Assembly (NCBI GenBank): GCA_004431415.1
Contig: QPMI01000421.1
Location: forward strand, 1 to 36,969
Direction: 5' to 3'
Source of the DNA: Cyanophora paradoxa CCMP329
Lineage: Eukaryota > Plantae > Glaucophyta
Length of the DNA: 36,969 bases
Shown here: in pieces, positions 1 to 11,864 of the stretch
Layout: each line of letters opens with the position of its first letter
How positions within the stretch are numbered: position 1 is the first letter of the stretch
Made by a program: the position numbers and the translations under genes
The notes under the pieces: generated by a model
Database searches by the model: none
The model's input: the letters and a program-made list of their open reading frames with translations, nothing else
What the model was told of the DNA's origin: nothing

Positions 1-360
1 GAATTATGGGCCCGAATACCACTACCGTAAAACACAATAATATGACGGTCAAATTAATTTATCATGGTATAGACTAGGGCTCCGGCCCGGGTCGCCGGAC
101 CCGCGGGTGGACCCGTGGGTCGCCTGACCCGCGGGTCACGGGTCCAGGTGGTGACCCGGCGGGTCGGGTCCATACAAAGGGTCGGATCCGTGCGAGGGGG
201 TTCCCGGTGGCACCGTAGAGGTGGCGGCAGCTGCAGCGAAGCAGCTCAGCGATGGCGGCAGCACCACAGCCGGACCGTCGGACCTTGTTCCCGCGGGACA
301 GAAGCGTTCCGAGATATGGAATCACTGCAGCGTCCGGCGGGAGGTATACGTAGTCAACGC

Positions 361-1160
361 CACGTGCGGCGGCCCCCGCCACCGCCCGCCGGCGCGCGCC
401 GCGCCTTCGCCCCGTGCGGCGAGCCGCGCCGCCGCCGGCCCGGCGGCCGCGTCGACGTCCCCGCCCGTGCGGCGAGCTCCTCCTACGCCCGCAGCGTCTC
501 CGCCCCGTGCGGCGACCCCGCTGCCGTCCGCCGCGCCTTCGCCCGGGCTACGAGCCCCGCTGCCGCCCGCCGCTCCGCCCCGGGCGACGAGCCGCGCCGC
601 CGCTCCGCCCCGGGCGGCGAGCCGCGCCGCCGCCCGCTGCGCCTTCCGCCCGTGCGGCGAGCCCCGACGCCGCCCGCCGCGCCTCCGGCCCGCCCGGCGA
701 GCCGCGCCGGCCCCGCCGCGCCTCCGGCCCGCGGCCGCCCGGCGAGCCGCGCCGCCGCCCGCCGCGTCCCCGCCCCGCCCGGCGACCCCGCCGCCGCCCG
801 CCGCGCCTACGCCCCGCCCGGCGAGCCGCGCCTCCGCCCGCCGCGCCTCCGCCCCCGCCGGCGAGCCGCGCCGTCGCTCGCCGCGCCTCCGTCCCGCCCG
901 ACGAGCCCCGACGCCGCCCGCCGCGCCTCCGGCCCGCCCGGCGAGCCGCGCCGGCCCCCGCCGCGCCTCCGCCCCGTGCGGCGAGCCGCGCCGTCGCTCG
1001 CCGCGCTTGCGTCCCGCCCGGCGAGCCCCGACGCCGCCCGCCGCGCCTCCGCGCCGCCCGGCGTGCCGCGCCGCCGCCCGCCGCGCCTCCGCCCCGCCGG
1101 CGAGCCGCGCCGCCGCCCGCCGCGCTTGAGCCCCGCCCAGAGAGCCCCGCCGCCGCCCGC
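361..1160. repeat. Degenerate GC-rich short tandem repeat inside the hAT element
   Basis: Recurrent ~35-40 bp variants of CCCGGCGAGCCGCGCCGCCGCCCGCCGCGCCTCCGCCCC; stop-poor in several frames, which explains the long overlapping ORFs. Confidence 0.8.
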
Positions 1161-1914
1161 CTCGGCCTCCTCTCCCTCCCCCGTTGACTTAGTCACTCCC
1201 CCCCGCCCCTCGGCGCCAGCAGCTAGCAAGTAAATATGATCATGAGTAAGAGCAAGCGCAAGCGATATACAGCTGAATGGGGGCGGAGTGACCGTGTCGG
1301 GATGTGGAAGGGAACGTACTCGGGGCGGGCCGCGGGCTGCAGATGATCATGATCATGAAGCTGCAGATGCAAAGTCACTGTTAGTCGGCAGCCGGCCCCC
1401 CAAAAGAACTAGATAGGTTCTATTTAAGCTTATATTACATTTTATTGCGTTAGTATATGCTGCAGGGGCGATGCTGAAGCGCTGGGAATAAAATGGTCCG
1501 AAACTCCCCTCCGTCCAGCCCAAAGTGACTAGACCAACTGTATGGCGTAGTCTAGCCTTCTGGCGACTCTAGAAGCCGTACTTTTCTGCCACTTTATTCA
1601 GGCAGCCCGCGCTCTTAGGATAGCGTTATAGATGCGTTTGAATAGATATTATACGATATATTATAGCGTTTAAGGGCCCTCCCGCAACGCCCTGATTGCC
1701 GATTCACTCATTCACTCTCTGGAACCAGCCAGGCTCTCTGGCGGGCTGGAATCGGCAGTGCTCCGCGTCTGGCGAGCCCCGACAGCTACACATCTTTGGA
1801 AATTAATTCAAGCGAGCTTTAATAATATGTTCATCGTTACACATGCACGGCTCAAAACAGACAGAAACAACTCGGCGGCGGCATGGGGGGGGAGGTGCGT
1901 GGAGGGGGCATCTG

Positions 1915-2610
1915 GCTACGGCGAGGCGCATTCACCGCCCGCGGCGCGCCGGGCCGCCAGCGCCCGCTGCGAAGGAGAATACATCAGCGCAAAGCGCGCG
2001 CCAGCTCGCGCGGCGCCCCCGCCCCCGCCCCGCGGCCGCCGCACCTTGGCTCGGCCGCAGTACAGCCAGGTCTCGGTTACGACGAGGCGCGCTCGCCGCC
2101 CGCGGCGCGTCGGCCCGCCAGCGCCCGCTGCGAAGGAGAATACATCAGCGCAAAGCGCGCGCCAGCTCGCGCGGCGCCCCCGCCCCCGCCCCGCGGCCGC
2201 CGCACCTTGGCTCGGCCGCAGTACAGCCAGGTCTCGGTTACGACGAGGCGCGCTCGCCGCCCGCGGCGCGTCGGCCCGCCAGCGCCCGCTGCGAAGGAGA
2301 ATACATCAGCGAAAAGCGCGCGCCAGCTCGCGCGGCGCCCCCGCCCCCGCTCCGCGGCCGCCGCACCTTGGCTCGGCCGCAGTACAGCCAGGTCTCGGTT
2401 ACGACGAGGCGCGCTCGCCGCCCGCGGCGCGTCGGCCCGCCAGCGCCCGCTGCGAAGGAGAATACATCAGCGCAAAGCGCGCGCCAGCTCGCGCGGCGCC
2501 CCCGCCCCCGCCCCGCGGCCGCCGCACCTTGGCTCGGCCGCAGTACAGCCAGGTCTCGGTTACGACGCGGCGCGCTTCGAGGAGGCGCGCTCGCCGCCCG
2601 CGGCGCGCCG
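1915..2610. repeat. 161-bp tandem repeat, about 4.3 near-identical copies, inside the hAT element
   Basis: The marker GAAGGAGAATACATCAGCG recurs at 1971, 2132, 2293 and 2454 (period 161). Confidence 0.92.
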
Positions 2611-4002
2611 CGGGAGCGCAGTGTGGCTACAAAGAGCGTAGAGTCAGCAGGGAGGGCGCACGTGGCAAGACTCCCGCGGGGCGCGACCACCGGCGCCGGC
2701 GCGCCGCACCTTCGCTCGGCGGCCGGCAATGGAGAGCCGGCCTTCGCTGGACACATGGAAGAGCATCCTGCGGCGATTCTCCAACGTTGCATGCATGTTC
2801 AAGCCGCCCTCGCGGTCCGATCATGATCAGCGGCGCGGCCGCTGCGCGACCTGCACGGGAACGCGCAGCGGGAGGCCAAGAGCGCGCGCCATTAGCCCTC
2901 ACATCGATCCAGTGATTCAGGAGGACGCCGAAGGCTGCGTCGCACCTGGCACACAAAACGCCGTCGACCGGAGCTGCGCCAGAGAAAGTACGGGGGCCGA
3001 CGAGGATGATGCACACGATAGCTATGAAGCCAACCGAGCAACCACAAGACTAAGACCGCGCCGCTCAACTGGCTGCCGACCGAGTTCGGGGCGCCGCTGA
3101 CAGAAATGTCTCTGTCGGAAGCGAACCCGTGTTTTTTTAGCGGTTTTTCGGCGCAACCGGTACCCCCCCCAGCGACCCGGGTCGGACCCGTGGGTCACGG
3201 GTCAGGGGGTCGACCCGACCCGCGGGTCGCGGGTCCAGGTTTTAGGACCCGGGCCGGAGCCCTAGTATAGACTAAAGACTATAGTATGTCGTTGTAAAAT
3301 CCGACCCTAGCCTTCTCTATGCGAAATATATATGACGTCCCCAAATATTAATTATGTCGACCGTCGTCATGCCCAGTTTTCGGCGACTAAGTTAAGCTTA
3401 AGCTTACCGTCTCTTGACTCGTACGCCACTGCATGGCAGTGCATGCATATGCAGCTGGCATGCGCAATATTAATTGTTTCGCAGCCGCCAAAGAAAAAGG
3501 AAGAAAACGTGTTTTCTGTTCTGAAAATTAAAATGCGGACACTATAGCTGTGACAATTGTTGCAAGCTAGTTGACTGACTCAGCTGCACTGCTGCAGTGA
3601 TCATGACAACTTTGGCAACTGTTGGCAGTCTGTTGCAATATCAATTACCGGTACATACCGCCGATGGTACCGCCGGGCCGCGCCGGCGGCCGGCCTGAGA
3701 GGACTCCCTGAGTCGACGTCACGTTCTATTACTTGCAATTTTAATTTGGGTTTGAATATAAACAAATTTATCAGTCGACATATTTGTAACATATGCGTGT
3801 GGAGTTTTTACAGAATTCGAAACATGCGCATGCATGCTGTATATATATACATAGGTCAGAAACTATTAGAACATAAGAATATTAAAAATTAGAATTACGC
3901 GGTATAGAATTTAAAAACGTGGGTTCGCATTTTTAAATTCTTCTTTTTTCAGGCTGGATCTGTACCCCCGCAGCTCTGGTTTTTTTTACAGCGAGATCGC
4001 CG

Positions 4003-7000
4003 ATGTCAGAAGCAGCAGAGCACCCGCGGGGGGCCAGCCCCGAGAGGATGCCGCCTCTAGCGAAAGGCGACGCGGACGAAGCCCCGGAGCGATTGCCAGG
4101 CTCGGACTTGTCGCCGCACGCCAAAGAGGAGGCCGCTCCGGCGCAGCCTCATCCTGCGATAGATTTGCAAAGCGATGGCAAGCCGAATGCGGATGACAGC
4201 GATCAGGATGCCGGGGAAGCCGCAGCACCCACGCACAATACTCCCGCGAGGTCCGATGGCCAGCAAAGCCCTCGCTTGGTGAGAAGCCAGCAACGTGTAT
4301 GCAGCCCGACAGACGAGATTGGCTCGGGGGAGCACCACGCTTGCGTCCCGCCGTCTCCCCCGGCGACTTCCGCTGATGCGAGCGTCGGCGAGGCAGTCAA
4401 AGCCGAACCCCGGATAGAACAAGACGTCCCAAGCTTAAGGAGTCCATCACCAGCCCAGCAGCCGGATAGCGAGAAGCCCGTCTTCGTCGCAGCAGGCCAC
4501 CGCGCCTCCGCCGAGCAGCCGCAGCGCCGCAAGAAAGCGTTCGCAAATCTCCTAAACGATGAAGATGCTGTCGAGGTTGGTTCAATCGGCCGCGGAGACC
4601 CCAAGCGTGTTCCAACCTTACACGCTTTTCCGCGTTCGCAGGTCTTCCCCGTCCCTCCGATGGCCAGGGGACCACCGATTGTCCCTCGATCTCCGCGCGG
4701 TGATTCTGGGGAGTCGTCTCCGCAACCGCCGGACCGAGCGCCGTACGCCGACCCCATCCCGGTGCCTCCGATTCAGCTACGACCGCTGCCCCCGCCGCGC
4801 GACGAGTTCCAGTACTACCGCGATAACGGTGCTCCTGCATTGTCGCCCTCGTCCGCATGGTGGGCCGGCTGCGCGCCCTAGCGAGCTCACGCCCCGCATG
4901 CGCAGGCCTGCCGATTCCACCCCCGGAGCACGTCCTCATGTCTATCCTCAAGGGCGAGGGGCGGGACCTGATTCCGGGCTTTGGTCGTGACTCGTCGGGC
5001 TTTAAACGCGAGTCTTCAAGCCCGCGCGGGCCGCCGCTCGCCCTCGCCGCGCCGCCGCCCCCGCGCCATGACCGCGACCCGTCGCGGGCCGCTGCCCACG
5101 CCCAGAACGGGCGGGACCTGCAGCTCGGGTACCCTCCGGCCCCGTTCCCGGCGCCCGGAGCGCCCAACGGGCAGGGCCCCGGACGGCGGCGGCGCGCCTC
5201 CACGCCGCCGGCGCCGCCCCCGGCCATCCGCCCGAAGCGGGAGGGCGGGGCGTCCGCATCGCAGGCCGGGGGACCTCCGCCGCCGCCCTCGCAGCTGGCG
5301 TCGCCCGCCCCCTCCGCGCGCGAACGTTCGCGGGAGAAGGAGCGCGGGCGGCCGCTGGCCGCCTCGCCGCAGTTCCCCGGCCCATCCTCGTTCGGGCGGC
5401 AGGGCCCGCACTCTTCGGGCGGGCCGGGCCACGCCTCCCGGGCCCCCACCAGGGGCGATGGCGTCCCGCCCCCCGGGCCCCCGCCGCCCTCTTGGGGGGG
5501 CCCGCCCCCGAGCGCCCCCGCCCCTCCCTTCGACCGCCCGAGCCCCTCGGTCTGGTCCGGCGCCGGCGCGCCTGCACCGTACCGCCCGCCAGAGCGCGGC
5601 CGCGAGCGGGAGCGGGAGCGGGAGCGGGAGCGGGAGCGGGAGCGGGACATGGGGCGGGGTTCAGCCCCGGCCTCGCCCGGGCCATCCCCGCGGAACTCCA
5701 GCCGGTCTCAGGAGCGTCCGGAGGGCGCCGGCCGCTCGAGCAAGCGGGGGCAGCATCAGCAGCAGCATCAGCAGCATCAGCACCAGCACCAGCATCAGCA
5801 CCAGCATCAGCAGCAGCAGCAGCAACAGCACGCGCCGCCACCGCCCCCGTCGTCCGGGATGCACGCCCCGCCCGCCCCGCCCCTGCCTCTCCCGCAGCCC
5901 CTCTCCCATCAGCAGCAGCACCACCACGGCCCTCCGCCGGGGCCGCCTCACTCCGGACCGCACCCCGGCCCGCCGCCGCCGCCACACGCGCCACACCCGG
6001 GCCACACTCAGCACCCTCAGCACCCGCCGCACGCGCAGCACCCGTCGCACGCGCAGCACCCGCCGCCTCAGCAGCAGCCCCCGCAGCAGGGTCCGCCTCC
6101 GGGGTACGCCCCGCAGTGGCCGCCGCCTTCCCCCGGGTCTGGGCCCATGCCGCCTCCGCCGTACGCCTACCCGCCGCCGCCGGCGCCACACGGGCACCAG
6201 CAGTCGGGCCCGCCGCAGGGCCCGCCGCCGGGCCCGGCCCCCTACGGCTCCTTCCAGCCGCCCGGGCCCCCGCCGCCGAACCCCGCGCTCGAGGACCAAC
6301 TCCGCCGCGCGCACGGTGCGCCCGCCCGCCCGCCCGCCCGCCGGCCGGCGCCGCCCTCCCGCCCCTTAGCGGCGCGCGCGCGCGCAGATCGGATCGGAGA
6401 ACTGGAGGCGCACCTGCGCTCGGCGGGCGACCGCGTGAGGGGCCTCGAAGCGAGCGCCAACTCGCTCGCCGCGGAGCGCGACGCCCTCGCCGGCCGCGTC
6501 TCGACACTCGAGAACCAGGTTCGGGTCCCCGCGGCGCCCTCGTCGGGGCGGGCTGAGCGAGCCCTGCCGCCCGCAGGTCCGGGAGGCGGAGCGGCAGCTG
6601 CTCTCGCACGCGCAGGCGCGCGCCGCGGCCGAGTCGCGCGCAGCCTCCGCCGAGGGCCGCGCCGCGGCGGCCGAGTCACGCGCCGGCGCCGCCGAGGGCC
6701 GCGCGACCGCCGTCGAAGCGGAGCGCGACGAGGTGCCGCCCCCGCCCGCCCGCCCGCCCTCCGCCCCCTGCTAAGCGCGCCGGGGCGCAGCGGGTGCAGC
6801 AGGCGCAGCAGGCCGCGCAGTGGGAGGCCGAGCGCGCGCGCTCGGCCATGGAGGAGCGCGACCGGCTCGGCCGCCGCATCGCCGACCTCGAGCGCTGGGC
6901 ATCGTCCCTGTACCCCCCTCCCAGCGGGGGCCCCCGCCCCACTTCAACCCGCCCCGCCCCCGCCCTCCCGCCCCGCCCACCTTCAGCCTTCCGCTCCCCC

Positions 7001-7362
7001 CGGGCGCCCCGGGCGCCCCGCCCCCGCTGGCGCCCCTTCCGCCTTCGATGCAGCCCCCGCCGAGCATGGGAGGCCCCCCCGGTCCCCCTGTGGGCCAGGG
7101 ACCGCCCTCTATGCAGCATCACCACCACCACCCCGGCCCTCCCCCGCCGCCGCAGGCACCGCCGCCGCCACAGCAGCAGCACCAGCAGCAGCAGCAACAA
7201 CAACAACAGCAACAACAGCAGCGGCCGGGCGGGAGCCGCTCGCCGCTCCGGCAGCAGATGCCGCCCGGACACCAGGGGCACCCTCCGCACCACAACCCGC
7301 ACCACAACCCGCATCACCCGCCCTCCTCGTTCTCCCTCGGGCCCATCCCCCCGGGCCGCTAG
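4003..7362 (+). CDS. Spliced gene for a Pro/Gln/His-rich, largely disordered protein with an RE dipeptide run and a coiled coil; function unknown
   Basis: ATG at 4003. GT-AG introns at about 4829-4905, 6316-6387, 6519-6576, 6733-6790 and 6910-6986 give one continuous frame to TAG at 7362. (GAGCGG)n at ~5604-5646 encodes RERERE; polyQ/H tracts; heptad-like DRIGELEAHLR...RVSTLENQVREAERQ...DRLGRRIADLERW. Confidence 0.75.
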
Positions 7363-8109
7363 CCCCCTTACTGGGGCCTGGACAGACAGGCCCCACTCTT
7401 GCGGTAGAGAAGGGGCGAAAAGCAGACCCGCCGCCGTCCTTGCACGGGCCCATGGCATCTTTTAGTGCGTCAGCAGTAGCAACAACAGCGGCATCGCTTC
7501 TTAGTTCTGTAGGAACTTCGTTTGCAGCATTGGAGCTCCTTACTTTACAGGTACTCCCCCGCAGTGTCCGCATTATTGTAGCTAGTATTTGTAGGCTTCG
7601 AATACAAGCACATATTATACACATTTATAACGATAATTCTTGTACTTGTGCTCGTGCGTGGGGGTTCTTGTACATGTGCACGCGAGCAGGCAAGCCCGAG
7701 CACCTGCGGCCGGATCCTAGGCCTCGAATAATTTGGCTGCACCCGCGCGCGATCGACCAGGCGCCGGCTGGCGCGGTGGTCCAGATTCATGATCAGATCT
7801 CATCATCAGCTGCTGCACTGCGGCAGGAGCCATGATACATGCAAGTCGTGTACATCGATCGATTGTGCAAGTGCGTTGAAAAGGAGATATCGATGCCTAC
7901 AACTGCAGTGCCGTACATAGACAATCGAACATAACCCCTCCCCAACAAAATGTATGTTGCAAACCGAGCCTAAGGAAGACTAGGAGCTGAAACAACGCAA
8001 GCGGTGGGCAGTGCGGGGCGCAGCGCGCGCCGCCTGGAACCGAGGGCGGAAAATTGTGCTGGGGAGACAAAAGACGGTCCCGCTGGCAAGGAGCGGGGGC
8101 GCTTGTCTT

Positions 8110-11100
8110 TTACTGGTCCCGTATGCGGTCCCGAGCATCCATGATCTTGACGGCGTCACCGATCTTGATCCCTGCAGCAGGGCGGCTCGGCGAACAAACA
8201 GAGCACACGAGCGGGCGACGGACGCCCCCGCCGGCGCCGCGCCGCGCCGCGCCGCGCACCCATGTCGCGGCACATGAGGTCGGTGTTGAAGCGCTGGCTT
8301 TTTACCACCTGAGAAGCGGGGGAGTACCCCTGTCAGGCCGAAAGCGGCGAGGCGAAACGAGAAAAGCGGCGCTGGGCGCACGGAGACGTCGATGCGGTGC
8401 CGCTCGAAGACCTCGAATAGGTGCCCGCACTCCGCGTCCGTTAGGAAGGTCTACGGTGGGGGCGGGGTGAGCGGCGCCGGAGACGAAAGGGGCGGTGTGC
8501 GATTCGAACCCGGAGCTCGGCGGCGTCGGCGCGGGAAAGGGGCGACTGCCCCGCGGGAGAGGGGGCGGGCCCTGCCCCGGACAGCGCTGGGCCGGGGGCG
8601 GGGGGCTGGGGGGGCCCCGGCTGCTGCGGGATCGTCAGTCAGCGCGTGCTGCTCGCGCGTCGGCGGGGCAGGCGCGCACGAAGGTTTGGGCGGGGCCGCC
8701 GCTCGTGAAGCCCGAGGGCGACGCTGTGTAGGGGTAGTACGCGTAGCCGCCCGACCCCGCCGCCCCGCCGGCGGCGCCGCCGCCCGGCGCGCCCGGCTGA
8801 GGGGCTCCGCCCGGAGCCGACGGGGGCGGCTGGGGGCCGCCGAGGCGGCGGGCGGGGATGAAGGGCCGCCGGCCGGCGTGCTGGCGTAGAAAGCCTGCGC
8901 TCGCGGGGGCCGGAGGGTGAGCGAGCGAGGCAGAGGGGCGCGGGCGAGCCGTGCTGAGGAGGAGGCGGACCGTGGGCGTGTACGTCAGCATCATCAGCGC
9001 CTGGGCATCCTCGTGCGTCGCCGCGTTCGAGGGCAGCGTGATGCTCGGCGGCCCGCCCGCCGCGCCCCCCGCCGACGCCCCCGCCCCCGCCCCGCCCGGC
9101 GCCGGGGCCTGGCCCAGCTCGGGGCCGGCCAGGGGCGCCGCGCCCGGGGGCGGCCGGGGCGTGTCACCAGACTGTGGAGCGTGAGCGGCGCGGCCGCGCA
9201 AGGCCGGGGGCACGGGAGCGGCGGAAGGCCGCACCACGAGAAAGGCAGACGGTGTCGTCGGGGGCTCGATGGGCGTTATGCCCCCGGCGGCCCCGACGGT
9301 CATCTCCCGCGGCGGCAGGCCCTGCGCCGCGGGCGACCCCGCGGTGAGTCCCCGAGCCGAGTGCAGGGCAGGCGCGCTCGCCGCTCACCGGGGCAGTGGG
9401 GGGGTACTGCGAGGCCGGCGAGGGGTAGTAGTAGGGGTAGTAGAACTGCGGGCGGGGCGTGAGGGCGGACGGAGGAAAGCTGCCGAGCGCGGGATGGACC
9501 GGGTAGTAGGTGGGAGGGGCCGGGGCGGACGGCTGCGTGGGTGCGACGGGGAGGGGATGGCCGGAGGGGTGCGGGGGTACAGGGATGTGCTGGCTCGGGG
9601 GCGAAGGCCCGGCGGGCCCGCCGGAGTACGAGTGGGGGTAGTGGGGGCTGCCGGGGGGCGGCCCCGTCCGGTGCGCAGAGTGACCCTGGTGCCCCACCAG
9701 CGATGCGGCGTACGCAACCCGCTGCGGCGCCGCGAGCAATCAGCGCCGGCGCCGGCCGAGCGGCACGCGGGGGCACGGAGAAGCGCGCACATCGAGGCTC
9801 GCGTCGCCCCTCCCCCGCGACTCCGGTTGCGGGACGCTGGGCTTGGGCGCTGCGCGAGGCGGCGCTGTCTGAGGCGCCGCGGGCGGCCCGCAGCTGAGTA
9901 CGGCCGACGCACGGTACGAGCTCCTTTCGCTCCTTTCGCTCCTTTCGCTTCTTTCGCTCTTACGGCCGTTGAGGATGCCTGCGCGGCGCGGCGCGGCGCG
10001 GCTGAGTGAGACCCCGGCGGCGGCGGCAGCTCTTCTCGGAGCAGCGGGGCTGCGGACCCTCAAACGGAGTCATATCGATGCCGAGCTCGCGAGCGGCCTC
10101 GAAGAGCATACTCTTGGGCAAATGGCTGAGCGCCGGGTATTGCTGCGCGCGCGCGCGTGCGCGGGTCGAGCGCGGTCGGGCCAAATGGAGGCGCGCGCGT
10201 TCCGGGGAAACCAGCAGCCGGACCTTAAGCAGCTGCGGGCGCTTCCTCTTGTAGTCTGGGTGCTTCGAAATGACCGACCGCAGGTGGTTGCGCACTTCGA
10301 CCCAGTTCTTGTCCGACTGCGCGGGGTCCGTTGCGGCGGTCAGGCGCGTTTGGCGGACGGTCTTAAGAGAAGGGAGAGAAAGGATCGAAATCTCTCTCTT
10401 TCACTGCAAGAAAAAAAACGGACCCCTTCCACGGACGGCCCCGGTACTCCTTCCGCCTCTTCCTCGCCCGAACCGGTCGACGCCGCGCGCCGCCTCCGCT
10501 TCGGTACCGGCGGTCGCGCGGTAGGCGGCTCCTGCAGCGCACGCGTGAGCAACCGCACATCGCGAACCCAAGAAAGGATTCGGGCAGACTTCTTCATCGG
10601 ATCCGTCGCCGAAGTCAGTGATGGCTGGCGCGCTCCTCCGCTGCGGCGGCGGTCCGTTCGGTGGCGGGCCTGTGAACCCGTGAGCAGTCTACGAGGTCAC
10701 CGCGAAGGAACCGGTGACGCACGGTCGCGCTCGTGCCCAGATAGAGCCTGGGTCACGTCGATGCCCAGTTCCCTTGCGACTTCTACGCGCAGTAACGTCA
10801 GCTCGTGCTTCGAAATGAGTAAGATAGCATAATGCGGACCGATAAGCCGGTACTTGGGCAAGGAACCGACCCCATCATAGTTCTGCGGGGTGCGGAAGAG
10901 TCGAGTCAAGCCGGTTCGGCAAGACGAAGGGACTAGGGAATGAAAACGAACCTGGAGGTACTTCCGGCGGTTCTGCTGGTAGGAAGGGTGCCGCGAGATC
11001 AACGTTCGAAGATGCTGCGCGACAAACGAGGCTCGACGATGGGATTGGGGTTTCGGGGAAGGCCCGTCAAACGAGGAAACAACTCACGTTACGAGCAAGC

Positions 11101-11431
11101 TCCATCGGACTCGGCTTGCGCCCCGGCTGCAGCCGCGCGCGAAGATTAGCAGCCTGTGACGAGCAGGCGCGTCCTGCGGCTCGCCGCGGTTACTGGGACT
11201 TGCTCGCACCACATGCTGTGAGTTGTGCGAAGTCGAAACACCTAGCCCGGCTGGTGGATGCTCCGCGACCGACGAGGCCGCGCGGTACACTATGTTCTCG
11301 CCAAATGCATAGGGGTCGAGCTGGGAGTCGTGCCCGTTGTTCATCTGACCGCTATGAAGGCCCCTCTGCGAGAGCTCCACATCCTCCTCCTCACGGCCGC
11401 CCCCGAGTGCGCCGCGGGGATGCGCTATCAT
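8110..11431 (-). CDS. Spliced gene: two copies of an unnamed ~50-aa domain, Pro/Gly/Ala-rich middle, C-terminal SAM-like domain
   Basis: Reconstructed exons give RNHLRTLISRHPSYQQNRRKYLQNYDGVGSLPKYRLIEVARELGIDVT and RNHLRSVISKHPDYKRKRPQLLKQYPALSHLPKSMLFEAARELGIDMT. The 3' exons give ELRTFLTDAECGHLFEVFERHRIDVSVVKSQRFNTDLMCRDMGIKIGDAVKIMDARDRIRDQ* (SAM pattern; stop at 8110). The start codon and middle exons are less certain, and this could be two genes. Confidence 0.6.
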
Positions 11432-11864
11432 GACTGGATCGGCGAGGGCGACCGGATATGGCGCCAGGATGCTCTAGGGCCCCGAGCGAGCCGCTGGAGC
11501 TGAAGACGAAGCCGGACGGGCAGCCCAGACGCGGACGAGACGCGCGTCGGCGTCACCTCAGAACCTCGCGGTGACGTACCCCGGCCCTTTTTCGCCCCCC
11601 GTTTTGCCGACGTTGCCGGCGCCTCTCTCAAACTTCGGTAAGCCGCTTCTGCTTGAATCGCGGTGAGCTATGCGAGCTCTTTGCGCTCTGAGCTCGCCGC
11701 GGAGGCGTCAGGCTCGAGGGATCGCCGGACCGGCCAGCCGCGGCCACGGAGAGCTCCTTGCAGATCCCGCTTAGCTACACAGAGGCGCGTGAGGGCTCAA
11801 GCTTGGGCAGCGCGGGGCGCGACAGCCCACGCACGCGCCCCTCCTCGCTAATGCGCCGCGCAGC

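Larger units (their letters stand above)
75..3264 (+). mobile_element. Non-autonomous hAT-superfamily DNA transposon
   Basis: Perfect 19-bp terminal inverted repeats TAGGGCTCCGGCCCGGGTC (75-93, inverted at 3246-3264), flanked by the 8-bp direct repeat GTATAGAC (67-74 and 3265-3272). Subterminal palindromic GACCCGYGGGTC motifs at both ends. An 8-bp TSD with a TAGGG terminus is typical of hAT elements. No intact transposase; KRSEIWNHC (~302-328) resembles a BED-finger start. Confidence 0.9.

Noticed and set aside
115-2915. Long Arg/Pro/Ala-rich ORFs as real proteins
   Set aside because: They arise from stop-poor GC tandem repeats open in several frames at once inside a non-autonomous transposon.
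4397-7624. Antisense ORFs including SR-repeat, poly-Leu and poly-Cys proteins
   Set aside because: They are shadows of the plus-strand RE and CAG repeats in the 4003-7362 gene.
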